NCBI GenBank assembly: GCA_951406725.2
Contig: OX597823.1
Location: 6,758,001 to 6,822,000, forward strand
Length of the DNA stretch: 64,000 nt
DNA from: Octopus vulgaris
Taxonomy: Eukaryota
Direction: 5' to 3'
Shown here: positions 1 through 64,000 of the stretch, one piece after another
Layout: each line of letters begins with the position of its first letter
How positions within the stretch are numbered: the stretch's first letter is position 1
The notes under the pieces: generated by a model
What the model saw: only the letters and a program-made list of their open reading frames with translations
Databases searched by the model: none
What the model was told of the DNA's origin: nothing
Translations under genes and position numbers: made by a program

Positions 1-989
1 TTCACCAAAAATTGTTTTCTTTCATTTTCCTATCACAGAGAAAGCAATTATTACATAGATTTCTCCGATATACACCTATCGGGAATAATAATTATTATTA
101 TTTTTAAATCTATGTATTACACAGAACAACAAAATCTTTTATCATTTCCTTATCACAGAGCAATTAATTATATCCTGGTTTTCTCCGATATACCCCTATC
201 GGCAATTATTATTATCTTTTTTCAAATTTATGTATTGCACACAATAGCATTATATGTTTTTTCAAAATTCCGCAGGTAGTACCAAGTCGATATTATTACT
301 TGTAGTGCGACTAACACATAGCGAACTGATTTATCAATCCTTCGGATTATTATTCGGACATATTATTATTGACTGAGTGTAGTTCACTTCTATGTTGACA
401 TTGTTTCTTCAGAATCGTTTTTCATATATTTTTCACTGTGTGTATATTACTTTTCACCGTGCGTTGTTCAATTGTGTGTCAGCGTTTTTTACTTCAGAAT
501 CCATTTTTTAATATTGTTCACTGCGTTTCTTTCACTGTGTGAAGTTCAATTTTGTGTTAGAGTTCGAATCTTTCAAATATTCTTTCATTGCTCTTGAACG
601 GAGCTCTTCCATTTCGACTCTCATACGATACTCTGTTCAACACAAAGATATACATATTTACATACGTTTATATACACATATATCTCTACGTATGTGTTTA
701 TATTTTTATACATTGTCGAGCAATATTACAAGCAATGCCAATGACTTGTCAACTGACATCAGTGGCAAAATTTATTGATAAAAAACGAAACGATGTACAG
801 TGAAAGGCATTATATCATTATTCAGCAGTGTGTAGATGTGTTTCCCTTGAATTGGTCTTCACTTAGTGTGAACTTGAAACATTCTTATGGGTGTCGATTA
901 CTCTCTAGTTCAGAAATATACTGGACCATGTTGCCAAATGAACTTTTGCACATAGGGGCATCTTCCAAACATTTCGCTTTTTGAGCTTA

Positions 990-1950
990 TGAAAACATAG
1001 GAAGGTATAAATTTTTCAGCCAAGCAGAGACTGCTTTTACTTCATTTCAGATATATCTCAGCGTGTTCCTGCAAATTCTATCAGTTTGGCAAGAAAGTTC
1101 TTGGACACTTTTAACACATCACTTTATTAACAATTTAAAAAGCAATAAAGAACAATAAATCCAAATGGTAATCACCTTCGTTATCCATCAACTTTTGCCA
1201 TCTTTCAGGTAAAGTTTTGAATCCTTTCATCACGCAATCGCGTGGCTTTGAATCAATAAAAACGTAAAGTAAGGATTTCATATCCTTTTCGTTTTCTAAC
1301 TTTGTATCGCGTTGCAAGGCAGAGAATAAGTGGTAGTCAGAAGGGTTAGGGTTCGTGTACCATAATCTCCCAGACCGCCTTCTTCAGCTTCTCCGACGTC
1401 TTCTTTGCACGATGTGCTGGCGCGTTGTCTTGGTGGTAAATTATCTTCTTCAAATTTGAGCGTTTTTCGACCAGCGCGATATTTAGACGGTCGATTTGTT
1501 CTTAGTAGACATCCTTCCAAACGGTGGTTTTGCGTGGAAGAAGATCCAACATGATCATTCCACTGCAATCCCACCAAATAGAACCTTCTTTTGAAGAAGG
1601 GGTCCTTTTGGTGAAGGTTTTGGCTGTTAACCTTTGCTACATCAAGATTATCTGCACCTTTCATCCATAGTGCCATAGTGCCCACTTTTCATCCATAGTG
1701 ATTACTGACTCCAAACAATCGAATCTTCGGCTTCGCCAGATCAGACTTTGACATGCAGTGACACGTGCTTGTTTGTTCGCTTCAGTCAATTCATGAGGCA
1801 CACATTTTGCAAGCTTGCTAACCTTCCCGAGACGATGAAGGTGGTTGATGATCGTGACATGGGAGACGACAAACTGTACCGCAAGTTGACGCGCAGTTTG
1901 CATTAGATCGGCTTCAATTACTTGCAAAAATGACTTGTCCAACAACTTTC
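990..1950 (-). mobile_element. Decayed mariner transposase remnant
   Basis: KCVPHELTEANKQARV (WVPHEL motif), ITMDEKW and LPERWQKLMDNEGDY, with frameshifts. Confidence 0.8.
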
Positions 1951-3709
1951 ATACTAATGTAATAGATGATTTTGTACGGCGCTGTTTGCTTGTTTCATAG
2001 CCATGTATAAATGTTTAATGACGTGACATGGGTGGCAACTCTGGAGGAATTTATAAAGGATGAAAAGATATGTCATAGCTTAGACCCTTGCTGTTCTGCA
2101 TACCTCATGCTTGAAGTCTGTTAGGTTCATCAACATGACTCCTTGAACTAGTGATTCACCTGTATTACAGAGACACACCATCTAAAGAAAGGATGACGAT
2201 GACGAATATTAACAACAATCACAACTTTACGTTTAGATTTGCCAGGCAGTATTAACAATGAATAAACTATGTACAGAAAATTGCCCTCCGAAGTACAAGG
2301 ACGGGCATGGTTGTTTGTGGAAGGGCAGTAGTCGCCTATTCATACCAGGCTCCACTTTCCACGTCACGAATGCTTTCCAAGGGAAAGGCATAGGCCGATG
2401 CAACTTGACAACAATGACATCGCGATTCATCTATACAGCAGAAAGAATTGAGTCAATGTCAAATAAATTGCTTTGCTCAAGAACACAACATCCGCCGTCG
2501 TCTCAGAATCGAACTCAGTATACAATTATTGTGAGCCCGATGCTCTAGACACTGAATCGATCGCATTCTCTTAACATTGAATAGGTAGATTATTAATTTA
2601 CAATGTTTGAAGAGAAGAATCTGATGATGACAACAGCCATGAATTCGGAGGACAAAATTTAAAAACCCTTATATTAAATAACCAAATATTATGCAAAATA
2701 AATTATTGATATTTAGAATTATTCTTCGTTTGAAAACAAAACATGAATAGACATCTAGCGGTGATTGCTAATAACCTGCAATTAAAACCAGAAATACCCC
2801 GTACAGTCTGTAGGCAATGAATCGGCAGAGTTGTAAAGTACGTCAGGCGAAACTATTTCATGATATTTCTTCCGATTCTGAGCAATGATTTCAAATTTGA
2901 CTTTCCAGTTCTGTAAAGAAATTAGGAGTCAGCGTGGGGTATTGGCGTAACCGGGTACTTTGCGTTTCTACTTCCAACAGTTCACTTTCTGATTTCAAAT
3001 CTCAGCATGTCCATCTAGGCTGAAAGGATTAATCCGTCACCTGGTTTAATGGCCCCCACCTGACAGTTTTGATTCCATAAGTGAAGGAGAATTTTCTTAT
3101 TTAAAACATGTCTCCAGTTTTGTGATACTTCGCATCTATTGTCTCATCATCCTCGAAGATCCTGTGAAGGTTCAAGGGAACTGATCGTCTTCTCTATTAA
3201 GGGATAAAGTAACTCTAGAATTCTTATGAATTAACATGACATTAGGAAACTAAAACCAGTCACTTTCTTTTCTGGCGACAAGAGGACAGCTGTGAATAGA
3301 GTGTTCCTTCTTTCACAAGCGGCAGTAGTACAGTATTGTCCTACTTTGACTCCATAAGACTTAGATATACACAGAATAGGTAGTAAACAAGTACCTCTGT
3401 AGAAATTGCAATGAATCCAACTAAAATGAGTAAAGAGATTCAACTGACAGTGGGAAGGAGAAAAGAACATTAGAAATAAAATTACGAAACACATTATTGA
3501 CTTGAGAAAAAGGGTGAAAATCTGTGTTTGTGGGCGTTGTGTGTGTTTTTTCTGTATGTGTATTTGTTGTATTAGTGTGTTTGTAAGTATCCTCAATAGT
3601 ATTATCTTCTTATCATGAGGCTGATGACGACGACGACGTCGTCGTAGATGACAATGGCGATGATGGTGATTGTGATGGCTATAAAAATGGCGAGAAAAGT
3701 ACTACTTAC

Positions 3710-63953
<60,244 letters not shown>

Positions 63954-64000
63954 CTGTAGAACTAGAGAACAGTATTTCGATTAGTACCATTTAGAATTAT

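Noticed and set aside
2233-2430. Possible next exon downstream of 3710
   Set aside because: The required phase hits a stop (GAWYE*) and the sequence resembles a dispersed repeat also seen near 32170.

Overview
This is AT-rich, microsatellite- and transposon-dense animal DNA; the SINE, Penelope and LINE content suggests a cephalopod (Octopus-like), which is inference. The window lies inside one long minus-strand gene that the ORF track largely misses. I reconstructed ten short GT-AG exons with compatible phases (63953 down to 3710). They encode an extracellular region of LRRs, an LRRCT cap, a 12-Cys Ly6/uPAR (three-finger) domain and a SEA-like segment, and the gene runs off both window ends (possibly an adhesion-GPCR-type receptor). 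A ~7.3-7.6 kb intragenic tandem duplication copied one 72-nt LRR exon, with a Penelope-like element at the junction. The most striking feature is a near-perfect 492-bp tandem array (8893-11202) inserted in (TA)n, with a complete type I hammerhead ribozyme at four junctions: a candidate non-LTR retrozyme that could yield ~492-nt circular RNAs. At least seven other hammerhead or hammerhead-like motifs lie in Penelope-derived or fold-back elements in the introns, some in sense with the host pre-mRNA. The rest is decayed mariner, hAT, pogo-like, gypsy, RLE-LINE, CR1-like, Tx1-like and SINE remnants. All calls were read by eye, and transposon boundaries are approximate.
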